This document shows positions 40,557 to 52,938 of a stretch of DNA of 64,000 nt, piece after piece. The first letter of the stretch is position 1. Each line of letters opens with the position of its first letter. Source of the stretch: Candidatus Limnocylindrales bacterium (GTDB taxonomy: Bacteria > Moduliflexota > Moduliflexia > Moduliflexales > JAUQPW01). Location of the stretch: contig DATMBG010000012.1 in the NCBI GenBank assembly GCA_035559535.1, positions 186,001 to 250,000 of the forward strand, given 5' to 3'. The notes under the pieces were generated by a model. It ran no database searches. It saw nothing but the letters and a program-made list of their open reading frames with translations, and had not been told where the DNA came from. Position numbers and translations under genes: made by a program.

Positions 40557-41702
40557 ATGGCAAATGTTGGAAAAGTCGTTGTAAGTTTGGCATTGATTTT
40601 CTCTCTCTATTCTATCTATAATAATCTGATCAAACCCTCTTGGTTAAGGAATGTTTCTGGTTCAGACAAGGGAAGTATATTCGAGACAGGAAACTTAAAT
40701 CTCCATACGGCTCAACTGGAGACCATTTTTATAGAAATGGCTGAAAAAGCCAGTCCGGCAGTGGTAAATGTCAGAGGGGAGCGCCTTCAAGGAAAAAGCC
40801 TGGTGGATTATCTCCCCGACTGGGGGAAATTCTTCATGAACTGGTTGGATTCAAAACCATCCAACTGGGATAAGAAAAAATGGATTCTTCCCAGAAGTCA
40901 GGGGTCTGGGTTTATTATTAATCGGAAGGGCTACATCGTCACCAATTATCATGTAATCGAGGATGCCGATCGGATCGTTATCACGCTTTTTGATAATAAA
41001 AAATTGACAGCTACCCTCATCGGGGCGGATTCGGAGACCGATCTGGCCCTTCTCAAGGTCAATGCTTTAGAAGAATTGCCGGTTTTATTTTTAGGAAACT
41101 CAAAGTCTGTAAGGGTTGGGGAATGGGTCGTAGCCATCGGGAATCCTTTTGGGCTCAGTCATAGTCTCACTGTGGGAGTTATAAGTGGGACAGGGCGATC
41201 CATGGGGATCACAACCTATGAAGATTTTATTCAAACAGATGCCTCTATCAATTATGGTAACAGTGGAGGTCCCTTGCTCAACATTAAAGGGGAGGCTATC
41301 GGTATGAATACCGCCATTATTCCAGACAGTGAAGGGATTGGTTTTGCCATTCCGGCAAATATTATCCGAAAAGTCATTGATGATATCGCTCAAAAAGGCC
41401 AGGTCATTCGAGGCTGGCTGGGGATCGAAATTCAATCGCTAACCCCTGAGCTGGCCGAAGCCTTCGAAGTCCCGGCTGAGGACGGGGTTCTCATCAACCA
41501 GGTTTATCGAGGAAGCCCTGCTTACGAAGGGGGGCTGCAAAGAGGAGATATTATCGTTGAGTATGATCATCGAAAAGTCTCTTCCCCCAGGGAGTTAAAA
41601 AGTCTGGTGGCCAATACCCCCATCGGGGAAGTTGTTGAATTGGTGGTGAAAAGGGATAAAAACCTTCAAGTTGTCAAAGTAGTCGTCGGACAACGCTTGT
41701 AG
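40557..41702 (+). CDS. HtrA/DegS-family serine protease with a single PDZ domain
   Basis: N-terminal TM, GSGFII, TNYHV, DLALLK, INYGNSGGPL, one PDZ. Confidence 0.92.
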   Translation: MANVGKVVVSLALIFSLYSIYNNLIKPSWLRNVSGSDKGSIFETGNLNLHTAQLETIFIEMAEKASPAVVNVRGERLQGKSLVDYLPDWGKFFMNWLDSKPSNWDKKKWILPRSQGSGFIINRKGYIVTNYHVIEDADRIVITLFDNKKLTATLIGADSETDLALLKVNALEELPVLFLGNSKSVRVGEWVVAIGNPFGLSHSLTVGVISGTGRSMGITTYEDFIQTDASINYGNSGGPLLNIKGEAIGMNTAIIPDSEGIGFAIPANIIRKVIDDIAQKGQVIRGWLGIEIQSLTPELAEAFEVPAEDGVLINQVYRGSPAYEGGLQRGDIIVEYDHRKVSSPRELKSLVANTPIGEVVELVVKRDKNLQVVKVVVGQRL

Positions 41703-41924
41703 AAGGGAAGTGGAGACACGGACACGCGAGGTTTTCTTTCCATAGAGATGGAGAGGAGTATGGGAGTGTGGGGGTATGGGAGTATATTTGTGCTCTTACA
41801 CTACACTTCCTCCCCACCTTCCCACTTCTATACCTCCATACTCCCATACCTCCCACACTTCCTTACTTCTCCCTATCTCTGCGTCCCTCAAGTCCCAGCG
41901 TTTCCATGTCCCTACATCCCTGCG
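41703..41924. repeat. composite palindrome: octamer GGGAGTAT/ATACTCCC arms nested within GGAGACAC/GCGTCCC-type arms
   Basis: same octamer family as 16088 and 48099. Confidence 0.75.
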
Positions 41925-41935
41925 TTTTAGACAAT

Positions 41936-42583
41936 ATGTCGTACTACCCCATCCACGTGGATCTAAGAGGTCGAAGATGCCTGGTTATAGGAGGGGGAAA
42001 AGTGGCCGAACGTAAAGTTCGGTCTCTGATAACCTGTCAAGCAGAAATAACCATCGTCAGTCCTGAAGTAACCATCGGATTGAAAGACCTGATCGAGAAG
42101 AAAAAGTTATTATACCTTCAAAAAAAATACCAGGAATCGGATTTAGACCAGGCCTTTTTGGTGATAGCCGCGACGGATCAGTCCGAAGTTAACAGACAGA
42201 TCTATCGAGATGCCCTCCGTAGGAATCTTTTGGTTAATGTGGTGGACTCCCCCGAGTGCTGTAACTTTATTATGCCGGCTTTTGTTAAAAGGGGGGACCT
42301 CTTACTGAGTGTCTCTACAGGCGGGAAAAGTCCGGCTCTGGCCGGGAAAATTCGTAAAAAATGGGAGGATGAGTTTGGAGAAGAATATCAACTGTTTTTG
42401 GAAGTTCTGGGAGAATTGAGGGAAAAAATCCAGGGACACATTCAGGATCCTCTTCTCAGAAAAAAACTCATCCATCAAATTCTCGATTCGGATCTCCTGG
42501 ATCTACTCAGACAGGGTGATTTCGAATCTGCCCACGAAAGAAAGTTAGCCTTGCTGAAAGAAATAGGACGCTATGAGGGATAA
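41936..42583 (+). CDS. precorrin-2 dehydrogenase / sirohydrochlorin ferrochelatase (SirC/CysG N-terminal)
   Basis: LVIGGGKVAERK, VIAATD, VNVVD.PE.CNF, STGGKSPALA; start reset to ATG 41936. Confidence 0.92.
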   Translation: MSYYPIHVDLRGRRCLVIGGGKVAERKVRSLITCQAEITIVSPEVTIGLKDLIEKKKLLYLQKKYQESDLDQAFLVIAATDQSEVNRQIYRDALRRNLLVNVVDSPECCNFIMPAFVKRGDLLLSVSTGGKSPALAGKIRKKWEDEFGEEYQLFLEVLGELREKIQGHIQDPLLRKKLIHQILDSDLLDLLRQGDFESAHERKLALLKEIGRYEG

Positions 42584-43361
42584 ATCTAGCCCGTTATTGG
42601 GAAAACGGATCTTAGTGACCAGGGCACAAGAACAGGCCGGTATGCTGGTTAAATTACTCGAGGAGCAGGGTGCAAAACCCCTGGAGTTTCCAGTTATCGA
42701 AATTGTGCCCCCGGCCAGTTGGGAAAAACTAGATCAGGCCATATCCCGGCTTGAAGATTACACCTGGCTTATCTTTACCAGTGTAAATGGGGTCAAATAC
42801 TTTCTCCAACGTTTAACCTTCAACGGAAAAGATCTCCGGAATTTAAAAGATATCCGGATATGTACCATCGGTCCCGGAACTGCGGCTGCCCTGGAAAAAC
42901 TGGGTATTCAGGTCCACTGGATTCCCGATGAATATCGGGCCGAGGCCATCGTGGCAGGCCTTGGAAAGGAGTTAATAGGCCGGCGTGTTTTGCTTCCTCG
43001 GGCCGAAATAGCCCGGGATCTGTTGCCAGAACAGCTTAAAAAGCTGGGGGTTGAAATCGAGGTCGTTACGGCTTATCGAACGATTCAAGCCCCCTACTCT
43101 GCCGATCAAATCCGAGCGCTTTTGCAAGCTCAAGAGGTGGATATGATTACTTTCACAAGCTCATCGACAGTTAGGAACTTTCTAAATCTCTTCGAGGAAG
43201 GTGAAAGGATCGGGCTCCTTGGAAGGACCCTCCTGGCCTGTATCGGACCGATTACCGCCGAAACGGTGAGAAAATTCGGTCTTTCCCCCCATATTGTGGC
43301 TTCTGAATATACAATACCCGGATTAGTTCGGGCTATTGTAGAGTTTTACCGATCGGTTTAA
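42573..43361 (+). CDS. hemD: uroporphyrinogen-III synthase
   Basis: ILVTRA, IFTSVNGV, IGPGTA, TFTSSSTV, CIGPITA. Confidence 0.92.
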   Translation: MRDKSSPLLGKRILVTRAQEQAGMLVKLLEEQGAKPLEFPVIEIVPPASWEKLDQAISRLEDYTWLIFTSVNGVKYFLQRLTFNGKDLRNLKDIRICTIGPGTAAALEKLGIQVHWIPDEYRAEAIVAGLGKELIGRRVLLPRAEIARDLLPEQLKKLGVEIEVVTAYRTIQAPYSADQIRALLQAQEVDMITFTSSSTVRNFLNLFEEGERIGLLGRTLLACIGPITAETVRKFGLSPHIVASEYTIPGLVRAIVEFYRSV

Positions 43362-43363
43362 AT

Positions 43364-43924
43364 ATGTCCGAGATACTTAAGATAACCCCTCCTTTATCCG
43401 AGGAACTCCTTGCCCGGTTGAAAGCAGGAGATAAAGTATTGATCCAGGGGATTCTTTATGCAGCCCGTGATGCTGCGCACAAGCGGATGATGGAATTGAT
43501 GGATAAGGGTGAAGAGCTTCCCATCGATCTACGCGGTCAAATTATTTACTATGTAGGTCCCACGCCTGAAAAACCCGGACAGGTCATAGGCTCGGCCGGA
43601 CCTACGACCAGTTCTCGAATGGATCCTTATACCCCTCGACTCATCGCAGAGAAAGGTCTGAAGGGAACTATTGGAAAGGGATGGCGTTCCCAGGAGGTTA
43701 AAGATGCCATGAAAACCTATAAGGCTGTTTACTTTGGAGCCATTGGAGGGGCCGGGGCCCTGATTGCCCGCACCATCAAGAAATCTGAACTTGTAGCCTA
43801 TGAAGACCTGGGTCCAGAAGCCGTCCGTCGACTGGAAGTAGAGGATTTTCCGGCTATTGTAATCAATGATATTTATGGAGGGGACTTATACGAGGAGGGA
43901 ATAAAAAGATATACCAGGATTTGA
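43364..43924 (+). CDS. Fe-S hydro-lyase (class I fumarate/tartrate hydratase) beta subunit
   Basis: RDAAHKR, IYYVGP, GPTTSSRMD, IGKG, GGAGAL, LGPEA. Confidence 0.92.
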   Translation: MSEILKITPPLSEELLARLKAGDKVLIQGILYAARDAAHKRMMELMDKGEELPIDLRGQIIYYVGPTPEKPGQVIGSAGPTTSSRMDPYTPRLIAEKGLKGTIGKGWRSQEVKDAMKTYKAVYFGAIGGAGALIARTIKKSELVAYEDLGPEAVRRLEVEDFPAIVINDIYGGDLYEEGIKRYTRI

Positions 43925-43996
43925 TTTAAGAAAGTATTCTACCACGTAGCCCTGCGCAGTTGTTAATACCTGATTAACGATTGTCCGGGATTAAGT

Positions 43997-44800
43997 ATGA
44001 ATCTTCAAAACAAAGTCATTATAGTAACCGGAGGAGCCAACGGCATTGGGCGTGCGTTGTGTCGTCGCTTTGCAGCGGAAGGTGCGCGCGGCATTGTCGT
44101 GGCTGATTTAGACGGAGAAGGTGCGACCCAGGTAGCCGGGGAAATCAACGGTTTAGCTGTTATCACCGATGTAAGTATTGAGGCAGATATAATTCGTTTG
44201 GTTAAGCGGGCTGTAGAGACCTACGGACCCATTGATCTCTTCTGCTCCAATGCAGGAATTGCGGGAGCTTCGGGCGGTATAGAGGTTCCCAACGATGCCT
44301 GGCAGCGCATTTGGGAGGTAAACGTAATGGCCCATGTCTATGCAGCCCGAGCCGTTCTACCCGGCATGTTGGCGCTTGGAGGGGGTTATTTATTACAAAC
44401 CATCTCCGCAGCCGGTTTACTAACCCATATCGAGGCAGCTCCTTACTCCGTTACCAAACATGCTGCCCTTGCCTTTGCCGAGTGGTTGGCAATTGTTTAT
44501 GGCGATGCCGGTATCAAGGTTTCTTGCCTGTGTCCCCAAGGGGTTCGTACCAGGATGTTGCTCGGCGAAGATGGAAAAAGGGAAAGCTTTTTATTGGAAG
44601 GGGCCCTGGAGCCGGAAGAGGTGGCCGAAGTCGTTGTCAGAGGTTTAGCCGAAGAACGCTTCCTCATTCTTCCACATCCTGAAGTTGCCGAATACTTCCG
44701 TCGTAAAGCCAATGACTATGATCGTTGGATCCGAGGGATGCGCCAACTTAAAACGAAGATCCGCAAGGAAACCTCAGAGGGGGGAGAGGAGGCGAGTTAG
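43997..44800 (+). CDS. short-chain dehydrogenase/reductase
   Basis: [17 protein letters not shown]. Confidence 0.92.
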   Translation: MNLQNKVIIVTGGANGIGRALCRRFAAEGARGIVVADLDGEGATQVAGEINGLAVITDVSIEADIIRLVKRAVETYGPIDLFCSNAGIAGASGGIEVPNDAWQRIWEVNVMAHVYAARAVLPGMLALGGGYLLQTISAAGLLTHIEAAPYSVTKHAALAFAEWLAIVYGDAGIKVSCLCPQGVRTRMLLGEDGKRESFLLEGALEPEEVAEVVVRGLAEERFLILPHPEVAEYFRRKANDYDRWIRGMRQLKTKIRKETSEGGEEAS

Positions 44801-44919
44801 CCAAAACTGATCCGGTTATGCCCGGTTGCCGATGGACGATTTGTTTACAGGATCCGGGCAGACTTATCCAGGGTTACCTGCTACCTTTGAACCGGAAGAC
44901 CCTATAAGGAGAAAACCTC

Positions 44920-46461
44920 ATGCCTTTTATAAGCTTGACAAGAATGATGGAGTGCCTGGCCCGGGATTATCCTGACAAGTTGGCTCTGGTTTGTGAAGAT
45001 CGAAGGTTGACCTATGGAGAGCTTAATGATCGGATTAACCGACTGGCCCATGCCCTTTTAGATAAGGGAATTCAAAAAGGGGATAAGGTAGCCGTGCTGA
45101 ATTCCAATGGTGTGGAAATGATTGAAAGTATCTATGCGGTGCTGAAAACGGGTGGTGTGCTGGTTCTTTTAAATTCCATGGTGAAAGGAGAATCCCTCAG
45201 GCTCATGTTAGACGACTCAGATAGCGTTGCACTGATTTGTGGCGAAGCTTTCACCCGGGAAGTGGATTCTTTGAAGGCAGGACTTCCCAAGATTCAGCCG
45301 GATCACTACATTTGTACCGGATCTGCTGAGGTTCCAGGGTATATTTCCTATTCGCATATTATGGAAACCTGTTCGGGAAAAAATCCTGAAATTCCCATCT
45401 TTCCAGAAGATTTGTTTAATGTTATTTACTCCTCCGGCACAACGGGACTTCCCAAGGGGATCGTTCATAGTCACGATCATCGCTGCCTTTTCGTTTGGAC
45501 GTATATGAGGGAGTTTATCATCCACTTTGAAAGTGTGATCTGTAACTCGACCCCTCTTTATCACAACGGTTCCTGGGTTTTTGTTCTTCCGGCCCTGTTT
45601 GTGGGTGCAACGGTTGTCATCATGAAGAAGTTTCATCCTAAAGGATTTCTGGAGCTAGTGGAGAAAGAAAAGGTGACCCATGCGTATCTGGTTCCTACCC
45701 AGTATATTGCCTTGATGGAATATCCTGAATTTCATTCCTATGATAAGAGTTCTCTGGAGGTTCTTCTTTCCCTGGCTGCTCCCTTGTCCAGAAAAACCAA
45801 GGAAGATATTTTAAGTAACTTTTCCTGTCGCTTCTTCGAAATGTACGGGGTAACCGAAGGTTTTTCAACGATCTTAAAGCCTGGGGATCAGCGGAGGAAA
45901 CCGGGTTCTGTGGGGAAGGCCACATTAGGAAGTGAGCTGCGGGTGGTAGATGACCATATGAAAGATGTGCCTGTAGGGGAGGTTGGGGAGATTGTAGGGC
46001 GGGGAACTTTAACCCCCTTGGGGTATTACAAAAAACCCGAGCTTACAGCCCAGACTATTGTAGAAGGCTGGCTTCGAACCGGTGATCTGGGAAGGTTAGA
46101 TGAGGAAGGTTATCTGTACCTGGTAGGTCGAAAGAAAGATATGATCCTATCGGGTGGAGTGAATATCTATCCTGAGGATATCGAAGAAGTTATGATGCGC
46201 CATCCTAAGATCTTGGAAGTCAGTGTGTTTGGAGTTCCCCATGAGAAGTGGGGAGAGACTCCCTGGGCTGCGGTTGTTTTAAAAGAAGGTCAAGAAGCAA
46301 CCCAGGAGGAGATTTTAGAGTGGACGAATTCCCGACTTGCCCGATATCAGAGGATCAGTGGGGTAGACTTTATGAAAGAGCTACCCCGTAACCCTGCCGG
46401 TAAAGTACTTAAAAGAGAACTTCGGGCTCCTTATTGGAAAGGCCTGGAAAGGGAAATTTAG
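44920..46461 (+). CDS. acyl-CoA synthetase / AMP-binding enzyme
   Basis: YSSGTTGLPKG, YGVTE, RTGDLG, GRKKDMI, PRNPAGK. Confidence 0.92.
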   Translation: MPFISLTRMMECLARDYPDKLALVCEDRRLTYGELNDRINRLAHALLDKGIQKGDKVAVLNSNGVEMIESIYAVLKTGGVLVLLNSMVKGESLRLMLDDSDSVALICGEAFTREVDSLKAGLPKIQPDHYICTGSAEVPGYISYSHIMETCSGKNPEIPIFPEDLFNVIYSSGTTGLPKGIVHSHDHRCLFVWTYMREFIIHFESVICNSTPLYHNGSWVFVLPALFVGATVVIMKKFHPKGFLELVEKEKVTHAYLVPTQYIALMEYPEFHSYDKSSLEVLLSLAAPLSRKTKEDILSNFSCRFFEMYGVTEGFSTILKPGDQRRKPGSVGKATLGSELRVVDDHMKDVPVGEVGEIVGRGTLTPLGYYKKPELTAQTIVEGWLRTGDLGRLDEEGYLYLVGRKKDMILSGGVNIYPEDIEEVMMRHPKILEVSVFGVPHEKWGETPWAAVVLKEGQEATQEEILEWTNSRLARYQRISGVDFMKELPRNPAGKVLKRELRAPYWKGLEREI

Positions 46462-46475
46462 ATTTTCCAGGAACC

Positions 46476-48257
<1,782 letters not shown>

Positions 48258-48986
48258 CTACCCACCCCGAAGTCTTTTTATAACTTCCTTCAAGTCCTCG
48301 GGTGTATCGACTCCAATGGATTCATACTCAGTTTCAATGACTTTAATTTTAAAACCGTTTTCCAAAGCTCGCAATTGTTCAAGTTCTTCAGCCTGCTCCA
48401 GAAAGGTCGGTTGAAGTGAGGCGAACTTTAAGATGAATTCCCTGCGATATGCATATAAGCCGATATGTCGATAATGAACCCTATATTCTTCTCTTCGAAA
48501 ATAAGGAATGGGAGAGCGAGAAAAATAAAGAGCCATATCGTTAAGGTCCGTTACCACTTTTACCACATGAGGGTTTTTAAGCTCCTCGAAGCTCTTAATC
48601 TTATGCTTGAGGGTCCCCATCGGGATTTCGGGATCTTCCAGTAGAGGTCGTACAACCTGATCAATCATATTCGGTTCGATTAAAGGTTCATCTCCTTGAA
48701 CATTGATGAAGATATCCGAAGGATCTTCACGGGCAACTTCAGCGAGACGATCGGTCCCAGACCGATGGGTTTTAGATGTCATAATGGCTTCCCCCTTAAA
48801 GTTTAAAACAACTTTCAAGATGCGTTCATCGTCCGTTGCAACAACAACCCGCTGGGGTAAGGAAGCCTTCTGGACCCTTTCATACACGTGTTGAATCATC
48901 GGCTTACCGCAAATATCGGCCAGAACCTTTCCAGGAAACCGGGATGAATGATATCTCGCTGGAATAACGGCAGTAATTTTTTTCAT
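48258..48986 (-). CDS. kdsB: 3-deoxy-manno-octulosonate cytidylyltransferase
   Basis: [40 protein letters not shown]. Confidence 0.96.
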   Translation of the reverse strand: MKKITAVIPARYHSSRFPGKVLADICGKPMIQHVYERVQKASLPQRVVVATDDERILKVVLNFKGEAIMTSKTHRSGTDRLAEVAREDPSDIFINVQGDEPLIEPNMIDQVVRPLLEDPEIPMGTLKHKIKSFEELKNPHVVKVVTDLNDMALYFSRSPIPYFRREEYRVHYRHIGLYAYRREFILKFASLQPTFLEQAEELEQLRALENGFKIKVIETEYESIGVDTPEDLKEVIKRLRGG

Positions 48987-49083
48987 TAATCGTAACTCTT
49001 TTTTTAATATGCAGCCGTCGATCTAAACAAAGATCGTCCATGCTGAATAAGTAAGATAAGATAGATACCTGAAACCCCGGAAG

Positions 49084-49110
49084 GTAGGGACGACCGGCCG
49101 GTCGCCCGTA
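49084..49110 (+). repeat. GTAG-family REP-like palindrome
   Basis: GTAGGGACGACCGGCCGGTCGCCCGTA. Confidence 0.7.
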
Positions 49111-49214
49111 TTTAATTATTTTAAAAATTATAGGGTTTATAATCCTCTAAGTCAAGAATAAAAGCTCGGAGAGTAACTATAACAATTTAGTAGGTGTCAC
49201 TTTTTCTGTCTGAA

Positions 49215-49541
49215 CCCCCCATCCCCCCTCCCTTACAAGGGCAGGTTTTTTGGGCCTAACCCCTCCGACTCCCCTTCCCTCGTAGAGAAGGGGAGAGTTG
49301 GGACTCAGGTTATCCCCAAGTTCCCCCTTCCCGGCGCAGGAAGGGGGTTAGGTTAGAAAAAACCTACCCCTAAAAGCCCCCCTCCAGGGGGGACTGACAC
49401 AGAGTTGCTGCTGCTGAATCCCCCTTGGAGGGGCAGAGGGTGTTTCTTTTTCCACCTACTAAATGGATACGGATACGATCGGAGAGAGGGGTGTTAATTT
49501 ACCATTGTACGGGTTAGCGGCCGCTAACCCGTACAATGGTA
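49215..49541. repeat. cluster of C/G-rich hairpins plus a perfect 42-bp palindrome
   Basis: CCCCTTCCC..GAAGGGG units repeated over 49215-49442; TACCATTGTACGGGTTAGCGG|CCGCTAACCCGTACAATGGTA at 49500-49541. Confidence 0.75.
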
Positions 49542-49663
49542 GATCATTCCCCTTGTATGGCCCCGGCGAGGCAATCTGTTTAGAGCAGGGAAAACAAAAG
49601 GATCTTCGGTATCCATTTAACGGACACCCCTGCGGCCTGGAGAAATAAGAAGCAAGAAGGCGC

Positions 49664-50122
49664 TCAGATCTCTCTGGAGTCTTCAAAAGCTTTTCGCGTA
49701 ACCTCGTGGCGATACGCGAACATTTTCTGGAGTCGGGGCCTGATCAGGAACGACGCAACCACGTTGCTTATGACCCCACCGGGAAGTGTATATTCGATTT
49801 CATCTCGGAGGAGGGTTCCCCCCTCCGTGGGTTGGAAAAGATGCCGATGGTACCAGGATTTGAAGGGCCCCTGGAGCTGCTTGTCGGCAAATAGTTTATT
49901 CTTCTCATATTCGACATGTTCAATAACCCATCGAAACGAAACAAAACCCAGCGTAACCAATAAAACAACTTGCTGGCCCACTTCAAGGGTAGAGGCTCGT
50001 TTTAAGATTTCCACTTTTTCCCAGGGAGGGATCAAACGTTGCAAAAAATCCGGCTTTTCATAAAGAGCAAAGACTTTCTCTACCGGAGCCGGAATAAAAC
50101 TTTCTTGGATGAATTTGGGCAT
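49664..50122 (-). CDS. SRPBCC/START-like ligand-binding protein
   Basis: IPAPVEKVF, LIPPW, F.D.QLQGPF..W.HRH.F, TLLRDEIEY, F.YRH. Confidence 0.85.
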   Translation of the reverse strand: MPKFIQESFIPAPVEKVFALYEKPDFLQRLIPPWEKVEILKRASTLEVGQQVVLLVTLGFVSFRWVIEHVEYEKNKLFADKQLQGPFKSWYHRHLFQPTEGGTLLRDEIEYTLPGGVISNVVASFLIRPRLQKMFAYRHEVTRKAFEDSREI

Positions 50123-50471
50123 AACCAAACTCGTATAGACCCTTCTTTTAGCAGAGGTCCGATGAGTTGAAAATCAAGGTATAAAACTCATCAAGATATA
50201 AAAATTAAGTCGAATGAGGATCATTGTCAAATAAAATAAAAGCCGTAGTCTTTCCCTGTATAGGATTTTCACCCTTACTTCGTTCCTGAACTTTAACCCG
50301 AGAACGAGAAAACAGGATTGTGAGCCTAAATATTATATGGAGGTGTAATTTACGGTTGACTTATCTATATTTGCCTCCTAAATTAATCAAAGGAGAATCA
50401 GACAATAAGAGGATTTTAACCAACCTAGTTTCTAGTTTTTAGAGATCATCTGTTTTACGAGGAGGATAACC

Positions 50472-50804
50472 ATGGCAACCAAGATCACAGATGAATGCAT
50501 CAATTGTGGGGCTTGTGAACCGGAATGCCCGAATACGGCTATTTATGAAGGTGGGGTAGAATGGGAGTTAGATGGAGTCAAGTATCCACCCCTTTCCAAT
50601 GATTATTACTATATCGTTCCTGATAAGTGTACCGAGTGTGTAGGTTTCTATGATGAAGAACAGTGCGCCGCCGTTTGTCCCGTAGATTGCTGTATTCCCG
50701 ATCCAGACAGACCCGAAACGGAAGAAGTTCTTATTGAAAGGGCTAGAAGGCTTCATCCCGATACCGACTTTGGAGATAATTTCCCTTCCCGGTTCAGAAA
50801 GTAA
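50472..50804 (+). CDS. 2x[4Fe-4S] ferredoxin (YfhL-like)
   Basis: [12 protein letters not shown] and [25 protein letters not shown]. Confidence 0.92.
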   Translation: MATKITDECINCGACEPECPNTAIYEGGVEWELDGVKYPPLSNDYYYIVPDKCTECVGFYDEEQCAAVCPVDCCIPDPDRPETEEVLIERARRLHPDTDFGDNFPSRFRK

Positions 50805-50901
50805 GCAGGAGTTTCATAAACCGCGAAGAACACCACAAGCAGGAAGAGTTTTCTATTCTTCATCCTGATGGTGTTCTCCGTGGTTAACTAACCATAAAGG
50901 T

Positions 50902-51972
50902 TTGCCGTCCAATCGGTTAAAACAAAAAATCAAAGGTCCTCGGCTCACTATATTCGGAAGAGCTTATCCGAGCAGGATTATTGGACTTCATAATCGATTT
51001 AGAGCCAGGACTGATAAGCGGATGATCTATCAGGATATCCGGAAACATCCCGGCAAACCTCATCCGGGAGTTTTGGGAATTTATGTCCCAACCCGGGATC
51101 GTCATATTATCTATCTGCGCCGGGGAGCTAAGGATATCACGGTAGCCCATGAACTGATGCATGCCATCCTCTATGAAGAGGGGTATGTAACTATTTATGG
51201 TCGGGAAGAGGATCACAGGAAAGAACCTAGAATTACAATTTTAGCCCATAAAATACAGGATGTGGTTATTCATCCGGTTCTATTTCAGCAACTTCGACGC
51301 TCCGGATTTGATGTGGACCAAGAAGAGCACCTCCGGAGTACCTCTTTAATTCAAACCCTTCAAAAAATTCCCGCCGAACCCCCCTGTCCTTATACTTCGG
51401 AGTATATCTTAAACCTCTTCTCGGAGGCTATTTCTTACGTAGAATCGTATTTCAGATATCCCCTGGTTCGTGAGCAGCTTCAGAAGGTCTATCGGGAGCG
51501 ATTTCCGGCTACTCTGGAACTCGGAGAGAAAATCATCCAACTGATAAGCTGGGTTCCTGACCGGACCCCTTTAAAGTATCGAGTTCTTATAACCCGCCTG
51601 ATTCACTATCTGGATCAAGTTGCAGAAACCCATCACATTAAGTTATCTCTACCGACCCGCTTGCTTCTGCCTCCCTTCCTCGTTAAAAGCCGACTTGGGG
51701 ATCCTGCCCGGGAATTTTTTTCTCTGAGGATGGTTCAAGAATTCCCCCAGGATTTACTGCCGGTCCTGGCTCTTCAGTTCATTCCCGATAAAAGTTACAG
51801 CCGGGTATGGACTTTTAGACAGGTAGAAGAATTAGATCGGGCCTTTGACCAACTTCAGAAGCAACTTCAGGAAATGACCGTGGAGCGTTTTCTAGAGTTT
51901 AATCACCTCAAATATCTCCTTATCGAGAAAAAAGGTCGAAAGCGCTGTTTGGTTAAGAGAATTGCCTTCTAA
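50902..51972 (+). CDS. hypothetical protein with HExxH zinc-metallopeptidase-like motif
   Basis: 356-aa ORF; IYLR..TVAHELMH; downstream D..H; start uncertain. Confidence 0.55.
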   Translation: MPSNRLKQKIKGPRLTIFGRAYPSRIIGLHNRFRARTDKRMIYQDIRKHPGKPHPGVLGIYVPTRDRHIIYLRRGAKDITVAHELMHAILYEEGYVTIYGREEDHRKEPRITILAHKIQDVVIHPVLFQQLRRSGFDVDQEEHLRSTSLIQTLQKIPAEPPCPYTSEYILNLFSEAISYVESYFRYPLVREQLQKVYRERFPATLELGEKIIQLISWVPDRTPLKYRVLITRLIHYLDQVAETHHIKLSLPTRLLLPPFLVKSRLGDPAREFFSLRMVQEFPQDLLPVLALQFIPDKSYSRVWTFRQVEELDRAFDQLQKQLQEMTVERFLEFNHLKYLLIEKKGRKRCLVKRIAF

Positions 51973-52033
51973 ACGGTCCTGACCCTTGGGTTGCCACAAA
52001 TCAGGAAAATCGTAGGGTGATTTTCGTAAGGAA

Positions 52034-52825
52034 TTAAATTCCTTTGAAAACAGGTTTTCGCTTCTCTAAGAAAGCCTGAACTCCCTCCTTGAAGTCTTCT
52101 GTCAGGAAACAGGCCAGGTGAAGGTGTTCTACCTCGGAATCAACCTGGGTTAAAGCCGGATCTTTCAGGCAGTGATTAATCATTCTCTTGGCTCCCTGGA
52201 TGGAAAGAGGAGCGTTTTGGGCAATGGTATCGGCCATTTCTAGGGTGAAGGACCGAAGCTGGTCATGAGGGATAACCCGATTAACCAATCCCATCTCTTT
52301 GGCTTCCTGAGCGGTGAATAACTGGGCAGTAAATAAAATCTCCTTGGCGTAGGCCGGTCCTACCAGGTTAATCAATCTTTGGATATCGGTAAAGCTAATG
52401 ACAATGCTCAATTTAGCTGCCGGGATACCAAATTTGGCGCGATCACTACAGATCCTCAAATCACAAGCAATAGCCAGTTCTAGACCTCCCCCTACGGCAT
52501 AACCATTGATCATAGCAATAACTGGCTTTCTGGCCTGTTCGATGGCTTTAAGGGCTTTGTCTACTGCTTCATTATAGGCCCGAACCCCTTCAGGATCATT
52601 CCTTCGGATTTTAAATTGCGTAATATCTGCACCGGCTGCAAAGGATTTGTCACCATTGCCGGTAAGAAGGATAACTCGAACCGTGGGATCCTCATCTAGC
52701 TCTTTCACCAGAACAGGAATATCCTGCCACATTTCATAGGTAATAGAGTTCCGTTGCTCCGGACGATTAAACACGATAAGAGCTTTTTGCCCTTCTCTCT
52801 GGATGAGGAGATCTTGCGTTGACAT
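52034..52825 (-). CDS. enoyl-CoA hydratase/isomerase family protein
   Basis: FNRPEQRN, FAAGADI, AVGGGLELA..CDLR, EGV.AFLEKRKP. Confidence 0.92.
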   Translation of the reverse strand: MSTQDLLIQREGQKALIVFNRPEQRNSITYEMWQDIPVLVKELDEDPTVRVILLTGNGDKSFAAGADITQFKIRRNDPEGVRAYNEAVDKALKAIEQARKPVIAMINGYAVGGGLELAIACDLRICSDRAKFGIPAAKLSIVISFTDIQRLINLVGPAYAKEILFTAQLFTAQEAKEMGLVNRVIPHDQLRSFTLEMADTIAQNAPLSIQGAKRMINHCLKDPALTQVDSEVEHLHLACFLTEDFKEGVQAFLEKRKPVFKGI

Positions 52826-52938
52826 AGTTGACTGCGAAAACCCAATCTCACAAGGTGAAGACTAAAAGATCCATAGGTATCTTCATGTTTTTTACTTCTA
52901 GAGTGCTTTCATATTCTTTTTATCTTTGAGATAAAGGG

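Noticed and set aside
41674-41935. short ORFs and the 56-aa N-terminal extension of SirC
   Set aside because: products of the repeat palindrome
49459-49686. two overlapping ORFs sharing LPLYGLAAANPYNG
   Set aside because: the identical peptide on both strands results from the perfect DNA palindrome
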